Below, piece by piece: positions 48,171 through 57,324 of a stretch of DNA of 64,000 nt (position 1 is the stretch's first letter; each line of letters opens with the position of its first letter). This stretch comes from an uncultured Eubacteriales bacterium (GTDB lineage Bacteria; Bacillota; Clostridia; Christensenellales; CAG-138): NCBI GenBank assembly GCA_900545265.1, contig UQYI01000003.1, positions 8,932-72,931 on the forward strand, read 5' to 3'. The position numbers and the translations under genes were made by a program. The notes below the pieces were generated by a model that had not been told where the DNA came from, did not search any database, and was given only the letters and a program-made list of their open reading frames with translations.

Positions 48171-48923
48171 ATGGAGCGGCCCGGTAAAATCGGGCAGAAA
48201 GCGATCCTGCTCCAAATGCATAAAGAAAAATTCTCACAGGGCTTTCGGGATGGATTCCCCATTGCCCTTGGATACCTGGCCGTGGGCTTCGGCATAGGCA
48301 TCTCCTGCCGCAGCGCCCGGCTCAACGTTTTGCAGGGACTGTTGCTGAGCCTTTTGAACAACGCCTCTGCCGGGGAATACGGCGGCATCACCGTCATGAC
48401 CGAAGATGCCGGATATCTGACCATGGTACTGATGATGCTGGTGGTCAATGCCCGCTATATGCTCATGAGCTGCGCCCTGAGCCAACGGCTGGCCCCCGGC
48501 ACCGGCCTGAAGCAGCGGCTGCTTATCGGTTTTGACTTGACGGATGAGCTTTTTGGCCTTGCCGTGGCTCAGCCGGGCTATTTGGATCCTTATTACTACT
48601 ACGGAGCCATGGCCGTGGTCATGCCCGCCTGGAGCGGCGGCACGGTGTTGGGCGTACTGCTGGGGCAGACCCTGCCCGCCTGGGCGCTCAGCGGCCTTTC
48701 GGTGCTGCTGTTTGGTATGTTCATCGCCATTATTGTTCCCGAAAGCAAGAAGAATCCAGTGGTGCTGGGCTGTGTAATCGTAAGTTTCATATGCAGCTTT
48801 CTCGCCGCCAGACTCCCGCTGCTGCAGCGCATGTCCGAAGGGATGCGTACCCTGCTGCTGACCGTAGTGCTTTCGGCGGCAGCGGCTTTGCTTTTTCCCC
48901 GGAAGGAGGACACCGTCCAATGA
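48171..48923 (+). CDS. azlC: AzlC family branched-chain amino acid exporter subunit
   Basis: Start at MERPGK (AAAGGAG SD). The sequence ...FSQGFRDGFPIALGYLAVGFGIGISC...NNASAGEY... fits the family pattern, and the protein is polytopic. Confidence 0.8.
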   Translation: MERPGKIGQKAILLQMHKEKFSQGFRDGFPIALGYLAVGFGIGISCRSARLNVLQGLLLSLLNNASAGEYGGITVMTEDAGYLTMVLMMLVVNARYMLMSCALSQRLAPGTGLKQRLLIGFDLTDELFGLAVAQPGYLDPYYYYGAMAVVMPAWSGGTVLGVLLGQTLPAWALSGLSVLLFGMFIAIIVPESKKNPVVLGCVIVSFICSFLAARLPLLQRMSEGMRTLLLTVVLSAAAALLFPRKEDTVQ

Positions 48924-49219
48924 AAAACTACCTGTATATTGCCCTTATGGCTTTGGTCACCTATCTGATTCGGGTTTTGCCCTTAACACTGATACGCAAG
49001 CCTATCAAAAGCGTATTCCTTCGCTCCTTCCTCTATTATGTGCCTTATGTAACTCTGTCGTTGATGACCTTCCCCGCCATTACCACCGTGACCCAATCGC
49101 CTTTGGCCGGAGCGGCAGCTATGGCCGTGGGGATCCTTTCTGCCTGGCTGGGTCTGGGGCTGTTTCCCGTGTCTTTGCTGTGCTGCGGCACGGTTGTGGT
49201 TCTGGAGCTGCTGCTTTGA
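48920..49219 (+). CDS. azlD: AzlD family small membrane subunit
   Basis: 99-aa MKNYLYIALMALVTYLIRVLPLTLIRKP..., ATGA-coupled to azlC with a GGAAGGAGGA SD. Confidence 0.75.
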   Translation: MKNYLYIALMALVTYLIRVLPLTLIRKPIKSVFLRSFLYYVPYVTLSLMTFPAITTVTQSPLAGAAAMAVGILSAWLGLGLFPVSLLCCGTVVVLELLL

Positions 49220-49277
49220 TTTTTTCATAACTGAAACCGTTCTTTTTGCAGATCTTCCACAAACAGACCTGTATTAC

Positions 49278-49308
49278 AAAGCCCCCTGTCCGCCGGACAA
49301 GGGGCTTT
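49278..49308. terminator. Hairpin between convergent azlD and the anti-sigma-like gene
   Basis: AAAGCCCCCUGUCC-GCC-GGACAAGGGGCUUU (one mismatch). Confidence 0.5.
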
Positions 49309-49370
49309 GCAGCTTATTTAGCCTATACAGCAGGACGTGGATACATCTTCCCAGAGATGCAGCTCTTGAT

Positions 49371-50642
49371 TTATGCACCCGTCCGGTCAGGCTGCGGCGT
49401 AGGCATAGCCCGCACCCCGCGTTCCAGATGGAAGCAGGTCTCCATCGCCCGGCTCTGTCCGTTTTCACTCAGTACAGTATATTCCAGATAGACCCAGAAG
49501 CTCCCACAGGTCGGTTCCAACAGCTCCTCCACTGTGGCAGGCTGCTGTTCCACCACTTCCAGATCTTCGTTCAGCACCAGCATCCGCGTAAGAAGAACCC
49601 CGTCCCGTCCTTCCAGCGTCAACTTGGAAGTCAGCCCTGTTACGATTTGCACCTCCGGATACCGTGGTTCCTGAGCCGCTGCTTCCCGGGCAATAAAGGC
49701 CTTGGCACGGGCAGCAGGATCATTCTGCATACCGTCGGATGCTATCTCCTGCCCGGCCTGCACGGAGTACACTTGCCCGTCTACCCGAATACAAAAGACT
49801 TCATCCGCTATTCTCTTACCTGTAACTTCCGGCGCTTGGGGAAGCAATTCCCGTCCTTCAGCGTCCAGCAGCATAACTCCCTCTGTCATAGAAGGCGCCC
49901 AGGCAAAAGACCATACCGAAAAGGCATCGGCATAAGCGCTGTTTTGAAGCACTTTTTGCGCTTCTTCTTTTGTCAGCTGAGCCGTAAAGGTCAGTTTCCA
50001 GTCCTTATACATATCCGTTTCCTCAGAGCCGCAGAGTGTTTGCTGCCCCGCTCCCAGGAGCATATAGCTTTTCGGCATGACCGGCTGGGCCACAGCCAGT
50101 TCTTCTGAATATCGGGCCACAGCCTCCACCCCCAGAATATGCGTGTTGGCTGCATCCGTTTCAAACCGATAGAGTACCGGCGCTGATTGGGAAAAGTCAT
50201 ACTGCAAAAGGGCATACCCGGCTGCCTTTTTATCAGCTTCTCCTGCCGACTGTCCGGGATATACTTCCAGAACCTCCAGCAGCCACAGCTCTTCAAAGCT
50301 GCCCTCTGGAAGAGTGCTCTTCACCAGCTTCATCAGTTCCGAGCTCAGCGCCCAGCCTTCGGTCAGGTCATAACACTTTTCCTGCACCTGATTCGCCAAA
50401 GCCCGGGAGTTTTGGGAACGCCCCAGCAAAACAGTGGCAGCCGTCAGCAGAAGCAGCACCAGAACGGCAGCAGCAGCGGTGATCCTCCGCCATCCTGCAT
50501 TGTGTGTTCCCGGCTCCGTGGGAGTCTTCCCCTCCTTCTGCCGGCACTGGGCAAGCGCCTTTTCTACAGCATTGGTAAATTCCTGAGGGGTGGGAGGTAT
50601 CCATGGGGTATTTTCTTTTTTGCAGTTATCTTTATAACTCAT
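49371..50642 (-). CDS. Single-pass membrane protein, putative anti-sigma factor
   Basis: Start at MSYKDNCKKENTPW..., overlapping the sigma gene stop by 11 nt. It has one TM helix (ITAAAAVLVLLLLTAATVLL) and a ~320-aa extracytoplasmic domain with no family recognised. Confidence 0.55.
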   Translation of the reverse strand: MSYKDNCKKENTPWIPPTPQEFTNAVEKALAQCRQKEGKTPTEPGTHNAGWRRITAAAAVLVLLLLTAATVLLGRSQNSRALANQVQEKCYDLTEGWALSSELMKLVKSTLPEGSFEELWLLEVLEVYPGQSAGEADKKAAGYALLQYDFSQSAPVLYRFETDAANTHILGVEAVARYSEELAVAQPVMPKSYMLLGAGQQTLCGSEETDMYKDWKLTFTAQLTKEEAQKVLQNSAYADAFSVWSFAWAPSMTEGVMLLDAEGRELLPQAPEVTGKRIADEVFCIRVDGQVYSVQAGQEIASDGMQNDPAARAKAFIAREAAAQEPRYPEVQIVTGLTSKLTLEGRDGVLLTRMLVLNEDLEVVEQQPATVEELLEPTCGSFWVYLEYTVLSENGQSRAMETCFHLERGVRAMPTPQPDRTGA

Positions 50643-51114
50643 ACAGTTTCTCCTTTCCTTGCAGCAGGTCCTTGAGATGACTGCGTCCCCTGGCCAGCCA
50701 GGAGCGCATGGTTCCCGCCGGAGCATCCATAAGCCTTGCTATATCCCTGACAGACATATCCTCGTAGTAAAACAGCACCAGCGCTCCCCGCTCCTTTGGC
50801 GGCAGCCGGTCAAAGGCGGCGCGCAGATCTCCGTTGGCAGGAACATCCTCCCAAGAAGGTTCCGGCACTTCCTCCAGCGGGAGCGTCCGGGGCCGTTTTT
50901 TCAGCAGCTGCAGGCACTCCCGCTGGAGTATCCGCAGCAGCCACGAACCAAAGGCATTTTTATCCCGAAGGGCGGGCAATGCTTCATAAGCTTTGAGGAT
51001 AGCACTTTGAACGGCATCCTCGCAGTCCGCTTCGTTGCGAAGCATGGCCCAGGCCAGCCGGAACATGCTTCGCTCCCTTTCACGGACACTGCGGCAGAAC
51101 CATGTATCCTCCAT
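50632..51114 (-). CDS. ECF-type RNA polymerase sigma-70 factor
   Basis: Start at MEDTWFCRS (AAGGAG SD). Region 2 reads ...EADCEDAVQSAILKAYEAL...FGSWLLRILQRECLQLLKK. Region 4 reads LPPKERGALVLFYYEDMSVRDIARLMDAPAGTMRSWLARGR. Confidence 0.85.
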   Translation of the reverse strand: MEDTWFCRSVRERERSMFRLAWAMLRNEADCEDAVQSAILKAYEALPALRDKNAFGSWLLRILQRECLQLLKKRPRTLPLEEVPEPSWEDVPANGDLRAAFDRLPPKERGALVLFYYEDMSVRDIARLMDAPAGTMRSWLARGRSHLKDLLQGKEKLYEL

Positions 51115-51470
51115 ATATCCGTATCTCCTTTCTTTTTTGAGGTCTCTGTTTATAAGAGGCCCGCCCGGGGCAAAATGTTGCAAGGCATCCGTTTTTTCAC
51201 AAGCTTTATTGAGGCTGCTTCAGTATACCAGCATCCCCACCTTTTCCGCAAAAGAAAAGACTGCGCAGCAGCAGTCAGAAAGATATTTGTTTTTGTACAG
51301 CATACCTTATCTCATAAAAGCATACTGATCGTTATTATCCTGTATCTTTGCCGGAAACAAACAGTATGCACTGCCGCGGCTGTTCTCCTGTGTCGTATCC
51401 GGTTATCTGATACTATAGCATCAAACAGACCTGTAAATCGAAATTTGCCGAGAGATGAAGTGTAAGAAGT

Positions 51471-52085
51471 ATGGAAATACAGCGAATAGACACATATGAG
51501 GATTCCCGTTTTTCTCAAACCGTTCTGCATCAGCATGGATGCTTTTTAGCAGATGGAAAGCCTTATGAAGTGGAGGTCATTTCTGATCATGAAGCAACAA
51601 TCCGCGGAGAAAACCAAATGGTGTACGCAGCAGTCGCGGAAGAGTTTCGCTTCTATACTCCGCATATTACACGGTTCTATGACAGAGATGGAAAGATTGT
51701 CAAAAAGTATCCACCAGTGCAGGTATTAACGCTGCGCTTAGAGCAAATTCAACCGTCGCAGTTTTTCGTGGATGCAGATAAGATAGAGGCTGTCCGTTCC
51801 TTCATTCATACCCCCCAGGATATTATTATTCAGGTGCTTCCAAACAAGGATCGTTTCATTTCGCTGGATGGGCATACCCGGCTATACTATGCGGTAATGA
51901 AAGGTTGGAAATATGTCCGGGCGGTAGCTGTACCCTCTGATGACTGGACATATAAGTTTGTATCCGAAGCACAGAAGCGTGGGATCTATGTTCCCAATGA
52001 TATGACTTTGGTAAGTCACGCTGAATATGAGGAAAAATTGGATCGCTTCTGCAATGATCTCTTCGCAGGTGATAGAATTGAGTAA
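51471..52085 (+). CDS. Hypothetical protein with a ParB/sulfiredoxin-like nuclease-fold segment
   Basis: 204-aa ORF in an AT-richer islet. ...LEQIQPSQFFVDADKIEAVRSF...ISLDGHTRLYYAVMKGWKYVRAV resembles the ParB N-terminal domain pattern. The assignment is weak. Confidence 0.4.
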   Translation: MEIQRIDTYEDSRFSQTVLHQHGCFLADGKPYEVEVISDHEATIRGENQMVYAAVAEEFRFYTPHITRFYDRDGKIVKKYPPVQVLTLRLEQIQPSQFFVDADKIEAVRSFIHTPQDIIIQVLPNKDRFISLDGHTRLYYAVMKGWKYVRAVAVPSDDWTYKFVSEAQKRGIYVPNDMTLVSHAEYEEKLDRFCNDLFAGDRIE

Positions 52086-52086
52086 A

Positions 52087-52539
52087 ATGGAAATCAAACG
52101 CTACACAAAAGACCGGATCTCAGATGTTTTGCAATTTGAGCGTGACTTGCGTGCAGAAGAAAACTTTTGGGGTTGGGAGATCGATGAAAAATACATAGCC
52201 AACGTAACTGCCAGTTTTGAAGATCCTGCCTTTGCAAATTCTCTGTCCCTGCTTGCCTATATGGATGGAAAAGTCGTGGGCCGAATCGATTCTGCCAAGA
52301 TATGCAGCCGCTTCGACGGCTCTGTTAAGGCATATCTGGACTGGATCTGTGTCATTTAAAGCTATCGGCATAAAGGCGTTGCACAGATGTTGTTAAAAGA
52401 ATTAAGAAGGCAGCTTAAAAAATCAGGTGTTGAAACACTAATTGCTTTAACCGATTCTAACGAAGCTTCTCAACGCTTTTATAGAAAAGTGCCAAATTCC
52501 GAAATGAAGGATACAGGCATCTGGATCGATATTATTTAA
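52087..52539 (+). pseudogene. GNAT acetyltransferase interrupted by an in-frame TAA at codon 91
   Basis: MEIKRYTKDR...AYLDWICVI-TAA-SYRHKGVAQMLLKELRRQLKKSGVETLIALTDSNEASQRFYRKV... The acetyl-CoA motif lies downstream of the stop (52357-52359) in the same frame. Confidence 0.7.
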
Positions 52540-52690
52540 ACTGCAACTACAGGCCGATACAGGGGCATACTTCCATACCGGCCGCCCCGCATATATATTA
52601 TGCAAAAGGCGTGGCCTTCATGGTCACGCCTCATGTTTTACCGTCTTACGACCGTCCGGCTAACGCCGCAGCCCCTTTTGAATAAGTTTA

Positions 52691-53809
52691 TCAGATTAGA
52701 TTCTTTCCGGTTTCGGCAGAGAACAGGTGCACCAGTTCCCCGTTGACGCCCAGCGTAAGGGCTGTGCCATAGGGATAGCCTCCCCGATGCTCAGCCTGAA
52801 GTCGGGTGATGGGGATGCGGATAACCGTGTCCCGGCCATGGCACTGGGCATGCACATACAGTTCGCTGCCCATCATTTCGCACACATCCACCTTGGCAGG
52901 GAGCGTGTTCTCTCCGGCTTCTGCAGCCAGATCCGTATGCTCGGGACGGATACCCAGCACGATGGCCTGGGACTCTACGTTCTGCGCCTTCAGGGCATTC
53001 TGCTTGCTTTCGGGCAGACGGATGATATCCCCTTCCAGATCCACGTAATAGCCGGTTTCATCCTTCTTGAGCTGCGCATCGAAGAAATTCATTTGCGGCG
53101 TACCGATAAAGCCGGCGACAAACTGGTTGGCGGGATGATCGAACACCTCGCTGGGGGTGCCGATCTGCTGGATGTAGCCATCTTTCATAATAACAATACG
53201 ATCCCCCAGCGTCATGGCTTCGGTCTGATCATGAGTAACGTATACAAAAGTGGTGTTGACCCGCTGACGCAGCTTGATAATCTCGGCACGCATCTGATTG
53301 CGGAGCTTGGCATCCAGGTTGGAAAGAGGCTCGTCCATCAAAAAGACCTGCGGATCCCGGACGATGGCCCGGCCGATGGCTACACGCTGGCGCTGGCCGC
53401 CGGAAAGGGCTTTGGGCTTTCTGTCCAGATACTGGGTGATGTCCAGAATCTCTGCGGCGGCCCGAACCTTTTTGTCGATCTCGGCCTTGGGCGTCTTGCG
53501 CAACTTCAGGGCAAAAGCCATGTTCTCATACACGGTCATGTGGGGATAGAGGGCATAGTTCTGGAATACCATGGCGATATCCCGATCTTTGGGCGCTACA
53601 TCGTTGACCAGCTTGTCGCCGATGTACAGTTCCCCTTCTGAGATCTCTTCCAGGCCTGCGATCATACGCAGAGTAGTGGATTTGCCGCAGCCGGAAGGGC
53701 CAACCAGCACGATAAATTCCTTGTCGGCGATCTCCAGATTAAAATCATGAACCGCCACCACATTCTTGTCGTAGATCTTCTTGATGTTTTTCAGGGACAA
53801 AGTTGCCAT
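52691..53809 (-). CDS. msmK: Sugar ABC importer ATP-binding protein (MsmK/MalK/UgpC type), orphan
   Basis: Start at MATLSLKNIKKIYD...; the ORF track extends to 53896. It has Walker A GPSGCGKST, signature LSGGQRQR, Walker B VFLMDEPLSNLD, and a C-terminal regulatory/TOBE-like domain. No permease or binding-protein gene is adjacent. Confidence 0.9.
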   Translation of the reverse strand: MATLSLKNIKKIYDKNVVAVHDFNLEIADKEFIVLVGPSGCGKSTTLRMIAGLEEISEGELYIGDKLVNDVAPKDRDIAMVFQNYALYPHMTVYENMAFALKLRKTPKAEIDKKVRAAAEILDITQYLDRKPKALSGGQRQRVAIGRAIVRDPQVFLMDEPLSNLDAKLRNQMRAEIIKLRQRVNTTFVYVTHDQTEAMTLGDRIVIMKDGYIQQIGTPSEVFDHPANQFVAGFIGTPQMNFFDAQLKKDETGYYVDLEGDIIRLPESKQNALKAQNVESQAIVLGIRPEHTDLAAEAGENTLPAKVDVCEMMGSELYVHAQCHGRDTVIRIPITRLQAEHRGGYPYGTALTLGVNGELVHLFSAETGKNLI

Positions 53810-54029
53810 TGGGTCTTGTTCATGGCAAAAGAGCCTCCGCTGATTTGCCTTGCCGCCGGGAAGCTGCCTCCCGAAAGCTTTACGACAGGTCTCCACGCTG
53901 CCGCACCGCTGAACAAAGCGGGTTCTCTCCTTTCACGATTCCCCTCAGGGCATGAAGTGGAGTGCCGAAAGGGGGCTGAAATAGATAAGTACAAAAAGTC
54001 TGCAAAAGCAATCCTTTCTGCCTGTTTAC

Positions 54030-54058
54030 AGTATACGATGGAGAAAATGCTCTGTCAA
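54030..54058 (-). promoter_or_regulatory. Consensus sigma-A promoter for msmK
   Basis: Minus strand: TTGACA (54058-53), 17-nt spacer, TATACT (54035-30). This leaves a ~210-nt leader. Confidence 0.65.
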
Positions 54059-54185
54059 GACCGGCAGAAAAACGAAGGATATTATGCAAAAAGCGCTTTT
54101 TGTGAGAAGATGCATCCTCTGCCTTTTCCGACCCGGTATGGATCGCTGGCAGCCGCTATTGTAGCCGTTCGGTAAGCGAAGGGGC

Positions 54186-54263
54186 GGGCGCACTGCGTGC
54201 CGCAAGGCACGCCTGCGGGGCATTCGCCCCGCAGCGTTCCGGCTGTGCCGGAACCGTGCGCCC
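54186..54263 (+). repeat. Intergenic multi-hairpin repeat, copy 3 of 3
   Basis: GGGCGCAC [GCGTGCC-GCAA-GGCACGC] [CTGCGGGGC-ATTC-GCCCCGCAG] [GTTCCGGC-TGT-GCCGGAAC] CGTGCGCCC. Confidence 0.9.
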
Positions 54264-54338
54264 GGGGAGCGTATACCCTCAAATCCCTTTTGTCCGAGGC
54301 AGCGAAGGGCATACAGCCGCATTCAGTAAACTGCTTCT

Positions 54339-55520
54339 TTATACCCGCCGTTCCTGCGGCAGGGGCCTTGCAAACAGAAACAGCAGCAGAGAACCCAAGG
54401 CTCCCACGGAAGAAGCCACCCACAAAGATGGCAGTATCCCTGCTCGCTCCACCATCAATCCGCCCAGCAGGTATCCAAAAAAGCCTGCCGCCGCAATGGA
54501 ACCCGTGATCAGCGCCTGCCCCCGGATGCGGTCTTCCTCCGCCAGCAGCCGGTTGGCGTAATAAGCCATACCCGGCACCACAAAAGCATATGTGACCATC
54601 TGCATCCCCTGAGACACATATACCATGGGTATGGAGGGATGCAGCAATATCAGCAAGGGCTTCAGCACATACAGTATGGCGGCCAGCTGCAAAAGTCTGT
54701 GGCACCCGGCTCCTTTTTCCAGCCGGGTAAACAGGAGCATCACCGGCACCTCTGCCAACGCACCTATGAGCAATGCCGTTCCCATATCCGAAGCGGTACC
54801 CCCGGCATAGCGGATAATGTCCCACATATAGCCGTTGATGCAGTTATGCTGAAAAAAGATCAGCAGCTGCCCCAGCAGCATCAAAGAAAATCCGGGATAC
54901 CTCTTTATAAAGGCGCCGGTGCTGCCCCCTGCAGAGCTGCGTTGAGTCAACCCTGCTCCGGCACTGCCCGCTCCCTGCGCCAGCACCAGAGAAACGGCCA
55001 GGGTAGCTGCCGTCATCAGCAGATAACAAAGAAGCATCCCCCGCCCCGTTTCCAACTCTGATACTGCCGCCAGGATCTTGGATATTCCTGCATATGCCAG
55101 GGATGCTACACCCCGGGAAGCGGAATAATTCAAAGATGCGCCTTCGTTGATATAGCCAAAGCCGACAGAGTTTATAAACGGCTGCACCGTGAGAGTCATG
55201 GTGGCGGCTATAAGGAAAAAGACTGCCAGCACACCCATAGATACAGGCACCAGCAGCAGTCCGCCACAGAAGAGCGACAGCACCAGCGCCCCTGTAATCA
55301 CGCTCCGCAGAGACAGACTTTTTCTTTTTCCCAAAGCGGAAGCAATCCATGGCTGCAGCAGCACGCTGAGTATGCTGGAAAAAGCCAGCTCCGCCCCCGC
55401 CACAGAAGCGGAAAACCCCAGTTTCTGTAAAAATACCCGCGTATAGCTGTATACAAAGCAGGCGCTCATCCAGTACAGACTTTGATACAGGCTGTAAGAA
55501 AAATTCAGATTTCTTTTCAT
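54339..55520 (-). CDS. MFS transporter
   Basis: 393-aa, ~12-TM ORF with an internal hydrophilic central loop. Confidence 0.8.
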   Translation of the reverse strand: MKRNLNFSYSLYQSLYWMSACFVYSYTRVFLQKLGFSASVAGAELAFSSILSVLLQPWIASALGKRKSLSLRSVITGALVLSLFCGGLLLVPVSMGVLAVFFLIAATMTLTVQPFINSVGFGYINEGASLNYSASRGVASLAYAGISKILAAVSELETGRGMLLCYLLMTAATLAVSLVLAQGAGSAGAGLTQRSSAGGSTGAFIKRYPGFSLMLLGQLLIFFQHNCINGYMWDIIRYAGGTASDMGTALLIGALAEVPVMLLFTRLEKGAGCHRLLQLAAILYVLKPLLILLHPSIPMVYVSQGMQMVTYAFVVPGMAYYANRLLAEEDRIRGQALITGSIAAAGFFGYLLGGLMVERAGILPSLWVASSVGALGSLLLFLFARPLPQERRV

Positions 55521-55742
55521 GATGGTATTCTACCTTTTCCTTCCGCGCTTGTAAATAACGGCAGCGTTTTTGCTTTGCTTCTTTTGGATCCGTTGTTTTT
55601 CAAAAAAACCGTATGAAGAAATCTTCTCCTGTCCATACTATCGCCAAGAGGCAGTGATCCTCAGCAGGATCATGTTTTGCAGCACCGGCCCTTGTCTGTG
55701 GGGCAAAACAGCCCCAATACCGCAGAAAAGGAGTCAAAAAAT

Positions 55743-56477
55743 ATGGAAACGAATCCTACCCGTTCCAAGTTCGTGGAATTTCTCAGAAGCCAGGGTTTCT
55801 ATGTGGCGCTGGCACTGTGTCTGCTCATCGTAGGGGCCGCCGTTGTCGTCAGCGTGCTGCCCAACACACCGGAGCAGCAACAGGCTGAGCCCTCTGCCCC
55901 GCAGGACATCCTGCAGCAGCAGGCCGTTGTGCGCCCCGACCCCACCAGTATGCCTGTGATCCGGGTATTGCCCGGGGCTACCGCTACCGCCGTTCCCGCT
56001 CCTACGGAGCTGCCCGTTATGGCCACGGCAGAACCGGCCGCTCAGGCTGTATCTGCTCCCTCCAAGGCTGCTGCTCCCGTTCAGGGCCAGGTGATCTGGG
56101 AATTTGCCATGGATCGTCTCATCTATTCCAAAACCCTGGATCAGTGGACTACCCACAGCGGTGTGGACATTGCCTGTGAGCAGGGCACCAAGGTCAAGGC
56201 TGTTATGGCCGGTACCGTTGAGGAAGTCCGGGAGGACGATGCGCTCGGCTTCATGGTCACGGTGAGTCATCCCGGTGATAAAAAAAGCGTATATGCCAAC
56301 CTTTCCGGCACCATTCCCGTAAAAGCCGGGGATAAGGTCAACGCCGGGGATACCCTGGGTACCGTAGGCAGCAGTTCCATGCTGGAATGCGGTGATGAAA
56401 GCCATTTGCACTTCGGTTTCTTTGTCAAAGGCAAAGCCGTAGATCCTGCAGGCTATGTGCGCCTGGGTTCCAAGTAA
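55743..56477 (+). CDS. Membrane-anchored M23 (LytM) family metallopeptidase
   Basis: Start at METNPTRSKFVEFL (AAAAGGAG SD). It has an N-terminal TM helix, a Pro/Ala-rich linker, and catalytic motifs HSGVDIA and SHLHFGF. The architecture is SpoIIQ-like. Confidence 0.8.
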   Translation: METNPTRSKFVEFLRSQGFYVALALCLLIVGAAVVVSVLPNTPEQQQAEPSAPQDILQQQAVVRPDPTSMPVIRVLPGATATAVPAPTELPVMATAEPAAQAVSAPSKAAAPVQGQVIWEFAMDRLIYSKTLDQWTTHSGVDIACEQGTKVKAVMAGTVEEVREDDALGFMVTVSHPGDKKSVYANLSGTIPVKAGDKVNAGDTLGTVGSSSMLECGDESHLHFGFFVKGKAVDPAGYVRLGSK

Positions 56478-56524
56478 AAAAGCAGTAAAAGCGGCTCCCC
56501 TAAAGGAACCGCAGTCTTCACAAA

Positions 56525-56556
56525 AGCAGCGTTCCCCGGAACGGACTGCTTTTTTA
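56525..56556 (+). terminator. Terminator after the M23 gene
   Basis: AGCAGCGUUCC...GGAACGGACUGCU (bulged) followed by UUUUU. Confidence 0.5.
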
Positions 56557-57315
56557 TGCTTCTTCCGGTGCAAAGCACCAGCTCAGCGTATGCTCCCTGT
56601 CCACCGTGATGCCCAGGGATCCTTGCAAGGCAAAGGAAGCATCGTTGTCCGTATAGATCTGGCCGTAACTGGTCCAGCCCCGTTCCAGACAGAAGTTTAT
56701 CATAAATTTTTCCAGGCACTGGGCAATGCCCCTGCGGCGATAAGGCGGCAATACCTCCAGCAGACCGGTAGAGCCATCATCATGGAACCCTATAAAGCCT
56801 GCAAACACGCCTTCCATTCGGGCGGAAAACAGCTCTCCGGCCTCCGCCCGCTCCCGAACATAATCTGTTCGCCCATGATAGACCTCTCCGGCTAAAGGGA
56901 TCTCCTCCTCTGCCATGGGGCCTATGGTCAATCCCGGCAGGCTCCATGCCAGGAGATCCCGGTCCATATATGCGCCCTGGCAGCACGCCTCCCCCGTTTC
57001 CAATCCGAAATGCTCTGCCAGCATCCTGGCCGTATCCCGGCCCCGGGCCACCACGCAGCGTGGAACTGGCAACCCCCGAAAGGCCCACAGCCCCATCTCA
57101 TAATCCTCCGCTGCCAGCCGGTAGAAGTCCGGTTCATTTGGCGCCTGCAAAAGCAGCGTGTTCCCTTGGGCATATACGATCTCCATAGCTCCCCGTTTCA
57201 GGGATTCACTCATGTCCATGTACCAAAGGGGATATCGATCCAATATCCCCTGAGCGATCTCTTCCATTTTCCGGTATTCGGGCGTTGTTTTATCCTTCAT
57301 TTCATCATTCCCCAC
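56554..57315 (-). CDS. GNAT family N-acetyltransferase, two-domain
   Basis: 253-aa ORF whose C-terminal half carries GLLEVLPPYRRRGIAQCL. Confidence 0.65.
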   Translation of the reverse strand: MGNDEMKDKTTPEYRKMEEIAQGILDRYPLWYMDMSESLKRGAMEIVYAQGNTLLLQAPNEPDFYRLAAEDYEMGLWAFRGLPVPRCVVARGRDTARMLAEHFGLETGEACCQGAYMDRDLLAWSLPGLTIGPMAEEEIPLAGEVYHGRTDYVRERAEAGELFSARMEGVFAGFIGFHDDGSTGLLEVLPPYRRRGIAQCLEKFMINFCLERGWTSYGQIYTDNDASFALQGSLGITVDREHTLSWCFAPEEA

Positions 57316-57324
57316 AAATGCATT

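Noticed and set aside
53998-54015. GGAUUGCUUUUGCAGAC in the msmK leader, which resembles the 5' part of a LicT/SacY-type RAT antiterminator target.
   Set aside because: Only the first ~6 nt and a GCAG match. The rest of the RAT consensus and an overlapping terminator are absent, and no PRD antiterminator gene is nearby.
55680-55742. A possible forespore (sigma-F/G type) promoter upstream of the SpoIIQ-like M23 peptidase (TGCAGC-16-GGGGCAAAAC).
   Set aside because: It fits the remembered sigma-F/G consensus poorly at several key -10 positions. It cannot be distinguished from chance without a position weight matrix.
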